Part shown: positions 51,117-63,900 of the stretch, in pieces
How the letters are laid out: every line of letters starts with the position of its first letter
Position numbering within the stretch: position 1 is the first letter of the stretch
Assembly (NCBI RefSeq): GCF_052425735.1
Contig: NC_135764.1
Coordinates: 24,118,001 to 24,182,000 of the forward strand
Length of the DNA stretch: 64,000 nt
From: Oculina patagonica
Lineage: Eukaryota
Direction: 5' to 3'
Notes under the pieces: generated by a model
Database searches by the model: none
Seen by the model: only the letters and a program-made list of their open reading frames with translations
Told to the model about the DNA's origin: nothing
Position numbers and translations under genes: made by a program

Positions 51117-54100
51117 TTACCACTCTATACTCTGTTCAGTGATTTCTGTAAAAAAAAAACCAAGAGAAAATTGTCAGATTGTGCAGATTGTTATCTTTTG
51201 TGAACCGGTATACCTTTGTTGTACAATAAGCTCCATATCTCTTACTAAATTTGACATAAGAAAGACATCTAACAGTACTACGGTTTTCCGGTTTGGAGCA
51301 ACTCCATATGACATCTAAGAATAAAACGTTAGAAAATGCTCTTACTATTCAGCGCGTTCTTCAAATGTTAAAAGGTTGCTAGCACTGAGTCTACTGTAAA
51401 TCGGACGAATAGTGTTGACATCAGAGCAGTTTGATGTGCCTTACGATTGGCTAAAAAAGTGTATAGGGAAAGTGGCCAACCAATCGGAACGAAGAAAACC
51501 ACCCGTGATTGAGGTCACGTGACCTTTCCCGCGCTTTTCATTTTTCTACTCACTAGCCTGCGTAGCTGGCGGTATTGTTGGGCTTTGAATCCCGCACAAG
51601 CAAACGGCGAAACCGCGACAACGAGCGGCACAGCCGCGAGAGGCTTGGGAGGAGGAGTTGAAATACCTCCCCCCGAGCCTCTCGCGGCTGCGCCGCATGC
51701 TTGTGTGCGCTTTAAAACCAAACAATACTGCCAGCTTCGCAGGCTATCTACTCACCGGTCGCCATTGGCGGGAAACAAGTGTTCCATTCCCTAAGACTGA
51801 TTCCCTTTTGATGATCATAGTCACATGACTTCATGAATCCGACCATGCAATCTTCATCTCGGTCAATCATTGACTCGATCTCATCTGCGTCAAGAATGTC
51901 ATTGTGGTTCTTATCCTGGCTGTAAAATTCCCACTAGCATGAAAGAAAAGAAATTAACCACTGACAATTTAAACTTATACACAAAGCTCAATGTAGGTAT
52001 CATATTGACGATGTTGAGAAGCTAGTCGTGGCTTCCCAACTCATAAGTGTCTTTAGTAGGTAAACTTTCGGCTTTCTGCCGTGGCTTAGGACTGTTAACA
52101 GTCTATTATTCGTATACTGTTGATCCCGTGTCAGCGGATCGAATTCATATTTGTCCGGAGTCTTTCTTTTTTTTTTTTAATATCTTTATTGCCATTTTAA
52201 CATTGTACAAATGTTACAGTGTAAGAAAAAAAAAAAAGAACAGACGTAAGTTACAAATAAGTTACGTAGTTTATAAACTGTTACAATTTACATATGAAAA
52301 TAAAGGTACAGGTACATAGGAAAATAAAGTAAATGAAAAAAATATAAATAAATAAAGAAAAATAAATCAACAAGGAAATAAGCTTACATAAAGTCTTTCC
52401 ACTTTAATTCTTTATTGCCATTTTAACATTGTACAAATGTTACAGTGTAAGAAAAAAAAAAAGAACAGACGTAAGTTACAAATAAGTTACGTAGTTTATA
52501 AACTGTTACAATTTACATATGAAAATAAAGGTACAGGTACATAGGAAAATAAAGTAAATGAAAAAAATATAAATAAATAAAGAAAAATAAATCAACAAGG
52601 AAATAAGCTTACATAAAGTCTTTCCACTTTAATTCGAAATTGTTAATAGTTTTATTTCTAACTGCAATATGTTGTAGAGTATCCAATCTGTTTTTTAGAA
52701 AAGGAGGAAAGCCGTCAAAAAGGTACATCATCGCAGTCTTGGGTCGTACAAAAGATATAATACTTAGCTACAAGTGATATGTAATTTAAAATATCTTTTG
52801 TTTGTATGGCGTTGTCATGCCAGCCGTAAAGGATATCGCGTTCTGAAAGAGTAATTGTATTTTGTTGTTTTTCGGACCACCACTTTTGAAATGCAGTCCA
52901 GAAATTAGAAATTTTAGGACATCGGTAGAGTAGATGAGGCAATGTTTGCGGCTGCGTTTTACATAAATGACAAGTTTCAGAGTCGCATAAATTCATACGA
53001 AAAAGCGAATACCTGGTAGGACGTATATTATGGATGATTTTATATTGAAAGATTTGAAGCTTTGTTTCGATCGTAATTGCAAAAGGGAAGTTGTAAACAT
53101 TTTTTAGGCTTTCTTGGGAGAAACCATACCGTAGAAGTCTTTGTTCAGCAGTTGGAGGTTGGAAGTAATGATCCGTAATAGCTGCATAAACAGAACGGGT
53201 GTTAATAATATTGCGTAAAGGGGATTCTTGCGACGCATTTTCGTTTTCAAATTGGTCTTTTGCTGCTTTGATTTCGCATCTCCAGCTTGGTGGAATTGCG
53301 TTTATTAGACCATAATAAGTTGTGAACGGGATTTTCAGCTGAAAAGTTTGTTGAAATGTGGTATGCGATAAGAAACCAAAATCATCATCAAGCAAGTCAC
53401 TAATAAAGGTAATGCCGCTTTGGTGCCATTGTTTTAAATAGATCATGTGTTTGTTTATTAAGATGTTTTTATTATTCCATATAATTTCATTTTGCCGTTT
53501 AATATTGTCTTCTGAGATAATATGTTTGTTTTCCTGCCAATGCTTTAATATCACTTGGTAAAAGGGTGGTGCATTGTGTAGATCAAGTTGCCTTGAATTG
53601 TATCTGCAGTTTAATAGGAAAGAAAGGCCGCCATGTTGCCTAAAGAAATGTTCAATGAGAATTTTCCAGGAGGAGGAAGAGTTTTGGTGTATCCTGTTAA
53701 TCCATGAGATTTTTAACTCAACTGGGTTACCCCCTTTAAATATCGTTCCTTCAGGAACGATGACGAAAAAAATCACTGAAAATTTATTCTTCGTCCAATC
53801 GCTACAAAATTTTGTAGAATGCGTGACAAGAGAATTACCCAATCCCCCCGCAAATTTGAGCTAATATACTTGAATGTGGCCTACACGACGTATTTCACGA
53901 TTCGGACAAAAATCAATTCAAAATGGCGTCAAACGCGAAGATTTCGTCAATTGCGGTTGTCAGGGCAGAGAGAGCTTTTGAGTTTGTTTTTAGAGAAAGA
54001 AGGCAGTAATAATGGGATGCCTATTGATCTTGATCGTCAACTGCGAAATACAAGCGATGAATCGATCGAAATCAAGGTGAGAGTTGTGTACTTGGTACGA

Positions 54101-57100
54101 ACCGTACGAGGGCACATGGTCTGAAATGCAATGAAATGTTATTTATATTTGCTTTCTGCGTACAAATCCTTGCTTGTTGCTTAGAATGGATGTCTGAATT
54201 TATCTCTGAGTATAAGGAGATCGTAATATTTTGAGGAAAAGGGTTTTTAGGACAACAGAAGTAACAAAATATTCGAAATTCTGTGACGCTACTTGACCTA
54301 AATATTTATGCTAATTTATGTAAATTAGGTTAAATATTTGCTTAGATAAATTGTAATAAATTCTTGTTTCATTCTATTTCAGCCAGAATTGCTGAATATG
54401 TTGCCAAAATAACAAGGAACATTTTTGCTTTTAACTTTTTCTTATAACCTTAAACATTTGTGAAACTTGTTGCTTTTTGTCCAAAATTTTTGGCCATTTT
54501 ATTGTAATTTAAGGTAATTAAATTAATATATTCAAAAATATTATGGTTTGTTTTGGACAAAAACATTTTTTCCTGAAAGCCTGTTCCATAACCTTTCAAA
54601 AGAGGTATGTCTTTCTTCTCAGTTGTAAATATCTCCTGAGAAAATAAATAAAAACCAAATGTGGTCAATTTTGACTGTTTTTTGGCCTTCCCTGCAAGAG
54701 TTAAAGCGGTTTCCATTACCTTAAAGTCAATCATTTTTAGGCCGCCTTTGTTTTTTTGTCCTATGACTGTAGTTTTCTTTATTTTGGGAGGTTTACCTTC
54801 CCAAATAAAATTAAAAATCATGTTGTTGATCGTGTCAGGCAAGTCCTTTGGTAAACTGAGGTTAGAGCTGTTGAAAATTAATTTGGATAAGGCTAGAGTT
54901 TTAACGATATTTATTCTGCCAATTAAAGTCAGTTTCTTATTTTTCCAAATATTCAAAACTTTTTCCATACTTCGCAACTTTTCGTCGAAGTTAAGCTTAT
55001 CCGCTTTTGTGGTGTCGTAGGAAAAGAAGACGCCTAAAGCGCAGATCGGGTCGACGGGCCATTTGAAATTGAAAGGTGTATCACATCTATTTTTCCATTT
55101 GCCGAGCCACATAGCTTCGGTTTTGGTGGAATTGACTTCTAGGCCGGAGACAACCTTAAATTGGTTTAGCAGTTCGAGTAAATGGGGAACAGATTCTGTA
55201 TCGCTAAGAAAGACTGTGGTGTCATCTGCATACATGGTGGTTTTTATTTCATGGTTTCTTATTGTAATTCCTTTAATAAGATCGTGATTTTTGATGGCTC
55301 TTGCGAGAAGATCAAGACCAATAACAAAAAGAAGGCCTGATATTGGACAGCCTTGTCTCACTCCACGAGTTAAAGAAAAGAAGTGAGAAGCGTGACCATT
55401 GTTGAGAATACAGCTAGAAATATTTGAATATACAGTCTTGAACCATTGTAGGAAATCGGGCCCAAAGTTAAAGAGTGTGAGAGCCTTCTCCAGGTAGTTC
55501 CACTCAATTGTGTCGAAGGCTTTCCGGAAATCGACAAAAACGGCGATGCCAGGCGAATTTTCTTTATCCAAATGGAACATCAAATCTTGGATCAATCTGA
55601 TATTTTCTCCAATGTATCGCCCTTTCACATAACCGGTTTGGTCGGGATTTATTATTTTAGGTAATACCTTTTCTAAACGATTAGCCAAAACTTTAGTGAG
55701 AATTTTGTAATCAACGTTTAAAAGAGATATTGGTCTTAGGTTCTCAAGGATGGTTTTGTCTTTATTTTTTTTGGGAATAAGCGAAATTATACCTCGTCGT
55801 TGGGATATCGACAAGGAACCGTTAAGAAAAGCATAATTAAAACTTTCAACAATTAGAGATTTAAGCTCAGGCCAGAAAAATTTTAAAAATTCAGTCGACA
55901 GACCATCGGTACCCGGAGTTTTGGCTGCTGCAAATTCTTTGAGTGCTTTGAAAGCCTCATTTTCTGTAATCAAACCTTCACATAGAGCCTGTTCATGGTC
56001 CGATAAAGCTGAGATGTTGCTGGGATTAAAGAAAACGCCCTCTTCCGGTTTCTTAACATTTTCCGCGTGTTGCGAGGTATATAGCGATTTATAAAATTTA
56101 CTTTGTTCTTCTAAAATGTCAAACTGGTTAGTTATGACAGAATCGTTCGGTAGCTTCAGTTTAGAGACTAACTTTCTGGAGTGGTTTCTTTTTTCAAGGT
56201 TTAAAAAATATTTGTTGTTGCGTTCTCCTTGTTCATGCCATCTTGCGCGACTCCTGATGATGGTGCCGCGAGTTTTAAGTGCCATTATTTTTTCTAGACG
56301 AGCTCGAGTCTTTCTTTTACAAACAGACAGGAAACCCCGCACGACGACTTCTTGATAATTTTATCTGGATACATGTTGTTGCACATTTAGTTAAACTAAA
56401 CACCGCTTTAATATTAATGGTTTCCCTGGGACCACGTGAACTGTAGGTGTCCGAGGTTCCAGGTTATAAAACACAATTCGTATGTTTTGACTGTCTGTCA
56501 ATGTCCTCATGTCTTTAAAAGACAGAGGTGTAAATCATTTACCTCGATAATTGCCTGTCGTTCCTCATACGTCAGCGACTCGAGCCTTTTTGACTCTATG
56601 TTAAAGTTTGGGTCCAGTTCTAGTTCTCTTGCCACCATCAGATACTCGAGATATCGATCATGGAACTGCAAAAGACTGGAGACTGGGCAAGGCACGAAGT
56701 CATTACCTGGAAAATATTAAAATAAAAGACAGTTTTGAATGGTATTTCAGGAGAAAAGTAAGAGGACATATATAGAAAGAAAAAGAAAAACTAAGACAGG
56801 ACATAAATAGTCAAATAAACTGGCTGAATTTTCTTATTTCGAGAAAGGGAAACGCGGCCGGCTCATGGTTAACGCATCTGACCCGAACAAGTGAGACTGG
56901 GGAAAGCGGTCGTTGTGTTGTATTCTAGGGCAAGATACTGTTAAGTACTGTCATAGTATCTCTCTCAATCCCGGGTACCAGTGAATCGCTTGATAAACAG
57001 ACAAAAATTCCCTTTCAAGGGAAGAGGCAGAACAGAAACCTGATTTACACACTAGCATAGAAGAGCTACTAGGCTCTAAACGGCTTTAATGTTTATCATG

Positions 57101-60100
57101 TTTATCCGTGATAAACAGGTTAAACAGGTTAATTTTTTGAAGTTCTTCATAGTATTCGTCAGCGCAAAATTAATCAGTTTAAGAAATCGAGAGTTAGAGA
57201 AATCAGGACTGAAATTGGAATTTTGGTTCGAGTTATCAAGAGGTTTGAGAACTCGGAGGTTCGAGAAAACTGGAAGAGATTTTCTAGCCCACATTTTGCC
57301 CAAATCCCATCTCCCAGGCTATTGTTTCCCGATTTTCCGAATCCCAGTCCCAGTTCTATTCTATCATTTGTTTGTGATACCCAGTCGCAGTGACTCAAAT
57401 ATAATTTTCCCAGTGAAAATTTGCCCAATTCCAAGTTCTCATTTAACCCCTTCAGGCTCCTCCAGGAGGGATTCCACTTCGAGGCTTCGTGTGACACTAG
57501 TAACGAAAGAGATAGGGGAAGATGGCGAAGTTAATGTTTAAAAAAATCTGGACGGTAGAGGACACCTGAACCCCCTCCCTGTCAGCCATTAAGTTAAATT
57601 CCCCAAAAGCTCCTGCTACGAAACTAAATACCTTTCGTATCGCATTTTCCTATTCGTTCGATTCCCATCATAATACCAATGCGACAAGCAAACTTGTGCA
57701 GTTCACATTTGTTGATGAATTCTCTCAGGTACACGCTGCACACGGGTTTGTATTCGTCAGGACAAGATTCTGGGCAAACACACGTGGTAGAACGATCCTC
57801 GTTCACAACGCACATGCGCCCTTTAGTGCAGAAAACATTTCGGCAGGGATCTGTTGAGTGAAATGTCGAAAAGAACGTTAAGTCAAAGAATCAGTCGTGT
57901 TGGTAAAGATGTGAAGTTGGCGGCTTCTGAGTGTTTATAGTTTACGTAGAACTTCTGATCCAAGGGATTGTTCTCAGTTAATCACAACGGTCTGTAGCAG
58001 ACAGTTGCGTCAATGTAATAGTTTTAGTTGATTGATTGACTGACTGACTGATTGATCGATCGATCGATCGATCCACTGACTGCCTTGCTGACTAGCTGGC
58101 TGGCAGATCTGACTGGCTGGCTAATTGAACGACGGAGTGAAGACCAGTGAATGAATAAACGAATGTCTGTTTACGGACAAACTGCCACAAACAAACAGTC
58201 AGGTCTGTTCACTGACTGACAAAATGATTGACAGACTGATTGACTACCTGACTGACAGATTGACTGGACCAAACCTTTGACTGTAAAGTGCCTTATGTAA
58301 GAAGATCTACCCTTTATTAAACTGACGGCTCGTCCTAAACGTTTCTAGCACTTTTTAATAACAGGCCGCTGAGAACAAGTCGACAATCAGACACAGTCAC
58401 ACTGAAAAGTGGTCAAAAACGTTTGAAACCAGTCAGAATGGGTATGTGTATACTAAGTCGCAATAGCGAAAGATTTCCGGCCAGGTTTCTTGTAGCCCCA
58501 CACTGGCTACACAGACCTTCCTATGTTTCGAGCAGACAAGAAGGCTGGGGTTCTTCTCCGTGTGAGATTCTCAGTTACAATGTTAGACATAGATCTAGAA
58601 AATGACCTTGTACTTTTAGCATTCAGTTACACTCTCTTTTTCAATCATGTTTGCCAGTGGAGCCCTTTCAATCCAGTTTAAATTGATCGCAAATCACAAA
58701 ATAACATCGGCAGGGGACAAGGGTGGAGAGACCTTGATAATGAAAGGAATGCTGTCCAAGAATTTTGATCAATTTTCGTCTGACAAAACGGTGGCGCTTA
58801 TAACAAAAGGAGGCATTTTAATAATAATGATTGCGATTAGATTGCTATAATAATCATGACTTCACGCTGTGTCGTTAACATTTATTGTAAAATAGCCAAT
58901 CAGAAAAGCATTTGAGTGCTTATTTTTAAAGATAAAAAAAATAATAATTGCAGTGGTAATGTCAACGAGGTAACAACTCATAAGATATGAAAGTACTGCT
59001 GGCTGCTAAATATAGATAAATTATTCCAAAAACACATGGCACCTATCGGTGTAAAACCTCTCTTTAAAAGTAATTTTATATCCATAAATTTTAATACATG
59101 CTGTTTATTAATGTACGTACCCGTATGCTTGTCAAGTGGTTTTTCCGCAGCCTTGGTAAAAGCAGATCAGCAAATCAAGAGAAGGCATAAAATAAACAGG
59201 AAATTAGCAGGGGAAAATAATACATAAAATTAAAATAGTTTTTCTTATTGCTGGTTATTGCGCTGTTGTTTTGGTTTAAAGTTCAAGACGATTGTTCAGC
59301 ACAGCACCTCGTAGTTTTAAAAGGTGACTAAGTATCAAGCCCAACTAGATAGAGATAAACGAACCCAGATATTTATTGCATCCGCTGGATAGTGATTTAT
59401 CCGCTAAACTAATCATCCGCTTTATTGACAGCCTTCCCGGAAAGAGGTGCCTGAATTTCCTGCTGACGCAACACCCAAACGATCTATTGCAACTGGCACA
59501 TGGTTATAAAATCCTTCCCTTTTAGCTTTATTTTGCGTCGAAATAACCAAGGTTTTTTCCAAAAAGCTGCGCTAGCTCAGCTTTAATTACTGAGGTTATC
59601 GGTTAACGACGGATCATAAAAATTCTCCCAAGCACGCAGGAAACCAAAACATTACAGGAATTTTACACAACTATCCCTGTCTATATCGTCTGATTGTAAG
59701 TGAGTAGATCTGATTGCGGTGGAGATTTAAGACTGAACATAGCTTAATTCAAATATAGGAATTGGGGCAAGTTATAGAAATAACAATCAGGCCTATTAAA
59801 AGCGAAAAATGGAGGGCTGCCTCAAGCAAAAGATCTAAAGCGCATTGTGGTACGAGAATAGATTAATGCCATGTGTAAATATTGATCGTGCAATCAAAGA
59901 TCAATGGCGGATTGTTTACTTTTTTCAAACCACCGTGAGAACGAGAACAAATTGCGACTACAATTTGTTTTGTTTGCAAGCAACGATAGTCCAAGATAGA
60001 CTATTCTTTTCATCAAGCCCTGACAATAATATCTGGCTTTTGGTCAATCGAAGCAATATGGCGACAAAATCACTGTACAAGATACTCACCACTACTGTGT

Positions 60101-60149
60101 GTAAGAACACACAACCAAGCACAAAAGACAGAAATTCAACACGCATCAT
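51117..60149 (-). CDS. SPARC-family secreted protein (follistatin/Kazal domain plus EF-hand EC domain), about 226 aa
   Basis: Exons 60149-60090, 59151-59121, 57850-57632, 56706-56543, 51933-51756 and 51145-51117 (last exon tentative). Signal peptide; FS domain DPCRNVFC..CVCPESC..PVCS..NKCELHKFAC; EC domain CPVSSLLQFHDRYLEYL, WEFYSQDKNHNDILDADE, EDCMVGFMKSCDYDHQKGISLREWNTCF. Confidence 0.85.
51554..51746. mobile_element. MITE (TAGCCTG terminus family) whose 9-bp TSD is a splice donor
   Basis: TIR TAGCCTGCGTAGCTGGCGGTATTGTT / AACAATACTGCCAGCTTCGCAGGCTA; TSD TCTACTCAC at 51545-51553 and 51747-51755. Confidence 0.85.
52185..52635. repeat. Tandem duplication (2 x ~226 bp) of the LINE 3' end
   Basis: 52185-52410 and 52411-52635 appear identical apart from one A-run length. 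Confidence 0.9.
53717..54700. mobile_element. Non-autonomous TTAA-specific DNA element (piggyBac-like) inserted in the LINE
   Basis: TTAA at 53713-53716 and 54701-54704; imperfect termini CTCAACTGGG / CCCTGCAAGAG. Excision restores the LINE frame (..METALKISWINRI..). Confidence 0.8.
58025..58270. repeat. Degenerate tetranucleotide microsatellite (GATT/GACT/GATC/GGCT)
   Basis: Runs such as TTGATTGATTGACTGACTGACTGATTGATCGATCGATCG in a SPARC-like intron. Confidence 0.75.
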
Positions 60150-60975
60150 GATAAAAACGGTTTCTTCCAATTCTTATGTCGATTTTGCTGGTGTCTCACC
60201 GAGGTATCTTTATCGCTCTCGTACGGGTTTCAGAGATGTTACTTCTTGCGGTCAAACGAGCGACTGTCCCCTTGATCGGAATGAAGGTGTCTACGTAAAA
60301 ATATTTGGTGAAACTTTACACTTGGTATTTTGTAATCCTTATAAAAATGTCAGACAGCTGTCATCAAGGCCATACAGTACCCCAGTTGTCTCCCAGCGGA
60401 TACTTATATATAGGAGGAGCTATAAAGAACGAACCATTGGGGGAGGGGAATAACATATATAAATCTTTTATGCACTATTTCTTTTGGCCAGTGAAAACTG
60501 TTGATTGATAATTGCCCACCTTCCCCTACACGTCTTCAGAATAGGCCGTCCCTTTATACTGCCGTCGTTTGTGAGCTAAAGGACCTAAAGCTCTACAGTG
60601 ACAGGAGCCCCTGACGTTGAGCAGATCGACGTGACCTTTACAGAGAAACTGTCAAGCATATTTTATAAAGTTGGCAATTTTCCAACAAAACGTGGGTTTC
60701 CCCTGCCTCGTACCCAGATGCCTCTCTCTTTTTGCTTCGCTCGTCACCAGACACGTTCGCGCTTCGCGCTCGCCGAAAATACGAAGCACCTGAGGAGGAA
60801 GCAGGATTTTTCCGGAGTTGTTTCCAGGCTGGCCGAGACATGATATTGTCGAGTATTTACATAGGGACGTGTAATACATAGCCGTGGCGTGACAAGAGAA
60901 ATAAGAGTGCAATTTTGATTGATGTCCAAAAGATACAAATTTAATTTAGCTTGCGTGGCAGGCGTTCAACGCCAA

Positions 60976-63900
60976 TGTTTGGGAGACAAGAACGCACGTC
61001 ACAACGAAAGAACTTCAACAGCAGTTTTTAATGCAACCAAGATGGCTGACATATTACACATACAGAACATGTGGCGCGAAAACATGCGCGCGCATACTAC
61101 AATACTAATGCCGCAGGCACTGCCTGCTGGCGCAACCTCTTCTCACCTTTAAATGGTAGCGAACTGACAAACTGTAGTTGTACACAGGCTTGAAATACAT
61201 GGACAATAAAAATATGAACTTAAACGAAGAAAACTGCATGTCAATTAAGACAGACTAACCAAATGTCTCAGTCTCTAGTAGTACCTTGTGAAAGTGTAAA
61301 CCTAAAACTAAACTGTGGATCTAAAGGTACCACACGCAGGTTAAAATCTAACATAGTCCTGCAAGTGTGAAGGAGGTCTGCGCTGCCTTTGAGGTCTTGA
61401 AGCTGGGTGATCAGGAAAGTTGGGAGGAGACAACAATGGTTGATCTGTGACTGCAACACTTGTGCTTGACTCGTCTTGTACAGCGACTGGGGAAGGTGAG
61501 CGACTGATGGTATCAAGTGGTGTGTCATCACTGGTGAAGGACGGGACTTGTTCCTCGTCAGACGGAATGGTGATGAGTTCTGGAGGTGCAGGGGGAGGTA
61601 ACACAGGATGTACCGGGGCTGGGGACACCGCAGGAGTTACTGGAGGCTCGACGTCCATGTCTGGAGGGGCTGAAGGACCTGGGAGGCTGGGCACAATGAT
61701 GGAAGAGGGAACGGAATAGCACTCGGACAGCTTGACTTTGTAAGAAGTGGCTCTGAGTTGTGAGCCACGAAACTTCTTTACAAAACACCAAGGGGTGTCG
61801 ATGGAGACAACGACATAGCGATCACGAGCGCGTGACTTGTCCTTATCAGAGAAGAGGTAGACAATATCTCCAACTTGTAGAGGTGGCGTGTTTGCGACAA
61901 GACCGCGGGGGTTCTTGGACTTCTCGCTATAGGCGTGGTTAGTAGAGCGATGTTTGTGCCTATCGAGTATGAGTTGGTAATCAGACAACGGCAACTGCTC
62001 ATGGGTGAATTGGTTGCGTTGGGTCCACAACTCGAGAGAAGAAAGACCCGAGAAACGAAGGCGGGAGTTAAGACGTGCGGTAGCCAGAGCGAGGCCAACT
62101 TCGCCTACTGGTCCTCCACCTGGTTCTTGTCGGAGGAGCTCTTCTTCAAGTTCGCGGACTGCCTTCTCGGCGACAGGGTTGTGGTTCTTATTCTTAATAC
62201 GGCCGACATCGATTGAGACGTTTAAATGTTCGAGCGAGTCGTTGTTGCTCAGGGATGAAAAACCAGGAGCAGGATCAACACGTATAACAGCTCTAGGACC
62301 ATCAAGAGGGTGTAAACCGACGATTAGTTTTGTGAGGGCATCGCGTAGAGTGTCATGCTTTTCGTCCGGTATCAAGCAAGATGCAGTAAGTGACGTGGAG
62401 CATTCTCTAAGAACAAGGATGAACTGACGGTGGCGCTTGATTACGTCAGCGGCAAAGGAGATTCCTATCACTTCGGGAGGGTCATCAGAGGATTGGGATA
62501 CCAAGGTGCTCGGAAACGACTGGAGTGAAGCGCACGTGTGGCAGGCAGATGTAACGCAGAAAATGGCGTCGCTCATGTCGAGGGCAAAGAACTGTCGTTG
62601 GAACACCATTTGGAGTTGATGGCGGGAAGGATGGTTTAGTTTGATGTGGAGGGCAGTTAGAAGACCATCCAGTACAGAACGGGGCACAACAATTGCTTCG
62701 GAAACAGGAACGAATGGCTTGGAGTGTTTGACTACGAGGACTCCGTCACGAGCAATGGAGGTGCAGCTGAGATACCGCTTAACGTCGCGAATATTGGTGA
62801 TCTTCTTTGACGGGCGAGTGCCTTGTTTGAGGTGGGCATGCACCCTTCGGAGGTCGGGGCAGTCGTTCTGGATCTGTAGCCATGCTGACCTTGTGGTGAA
62901 CGGGAGGTTGGACTTCTTGTCGAGAATGTCCTGAATCGAAACGCTACGCACGACTGAGTCTTCCATTTCGTGGACGAAGGTGCAAATTTGGCATTTAGGC
63001 TCACTGCAGTCGGGGGCATTGCGACTGGTGAAGTCAGACGGAAGGTTGGCCTTACCAGCCAAATGTTGAAGACTGACTTGGTAACGGCTTACAGTCGTGA
63101 GGAAGGAAGTTACTCGGGGGCTGGCCGAGAATTCACCGCGACATAACTTTTCAATTGCTTGAACGCACGGTTTGCTGTCAGTTAATACAGTCGTAGGCTG
63201 TTGCGACTGAATGATGAATGGAGCGAAGTGTTTGACAGCAGCAGCAATAGATAATGCCTCGACCTCGCAGGGGAGCCAGGTGACTTGGTGTTTCCGCAAC
63301 TTGGCGCTGTAGAAGCCAGCAAGGGAAAGATGACTTTCACGGGTAACATACAATGTAGCACCAAGGCCTCTCTTGGTGACTGAGCCATCGGTGACTATCC
63401 AAAGAGTGTCAGAAGGACGTGGTAGGACTATGGATTTGTGTCTGGACAGATACTCCTGGGCACGCTTGAACCTGAAGGTGAGGTTCTCATCCCAAAGCAG
63501 CTTGTCGTTAGACTGGAGGCCCGTGAGGGTGCTCTCGAGGGGGTCCACTATGTCCGAGCAGTTTGGGAGTACGCGACTGAGGACTTTATAGGCTCCAATG
63601 AAGGAACGTAGGCCTTTCACACTTTGGGGAGGAGGGCATGATTGCAAGACGGCAATACGATGAGGGCTGGCTGATAGACGGCCTTGAGACCAGATCCAGC
63701 CAAGGATGGTGGTAGACTTTGGACAGATGACAGTCTTCGTAGGGGACAAACGGAGGTTACAACGATCAAGCGCCTCCAGTACCCGTCTCCAGTTGGTCAA
63801 GAGGGTTTCGGGTGTATCGCCGCCACAGTACAGGTCGTCTGCGAGTTTAGCCACGCAGCCTTCTTGAATTAAGTCACCCAGAACACGACACATCATTTCC

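Larger units (their letters stand above)
52171..56305 (-). mobile_element. 5'-truncated non-LTR retrotransposon (L1/Tx1 clade) in intron 4 of the SPARC-like gene
   Basis: ORF2 RT motifs KTPGTDG, LRPISLLNVDYKIL, DFRKAFD, GVRQGCP and YADD, plus C-terminal CxxC..HxxxxC. Poly(A) tail at about 52171-52178. TSD GAGTCTTTCTTTT at 52158-52170 and 56306-56318. No endonuclease domain or ORF1. Confidence 0.93.

Noticed and set aside
59845-60453. 202-aa + strand ORF (also 44138-44722, 50752-51318 and 57089-57541)
   Set aside because: These are antisense to well-supported genes or lie in their introns, and show no domain signal.
61447-63872. Multiple + strand and alternate-frame ORFs
   Set aside because: Shadows of the GC-richer Gypsy pol frame.
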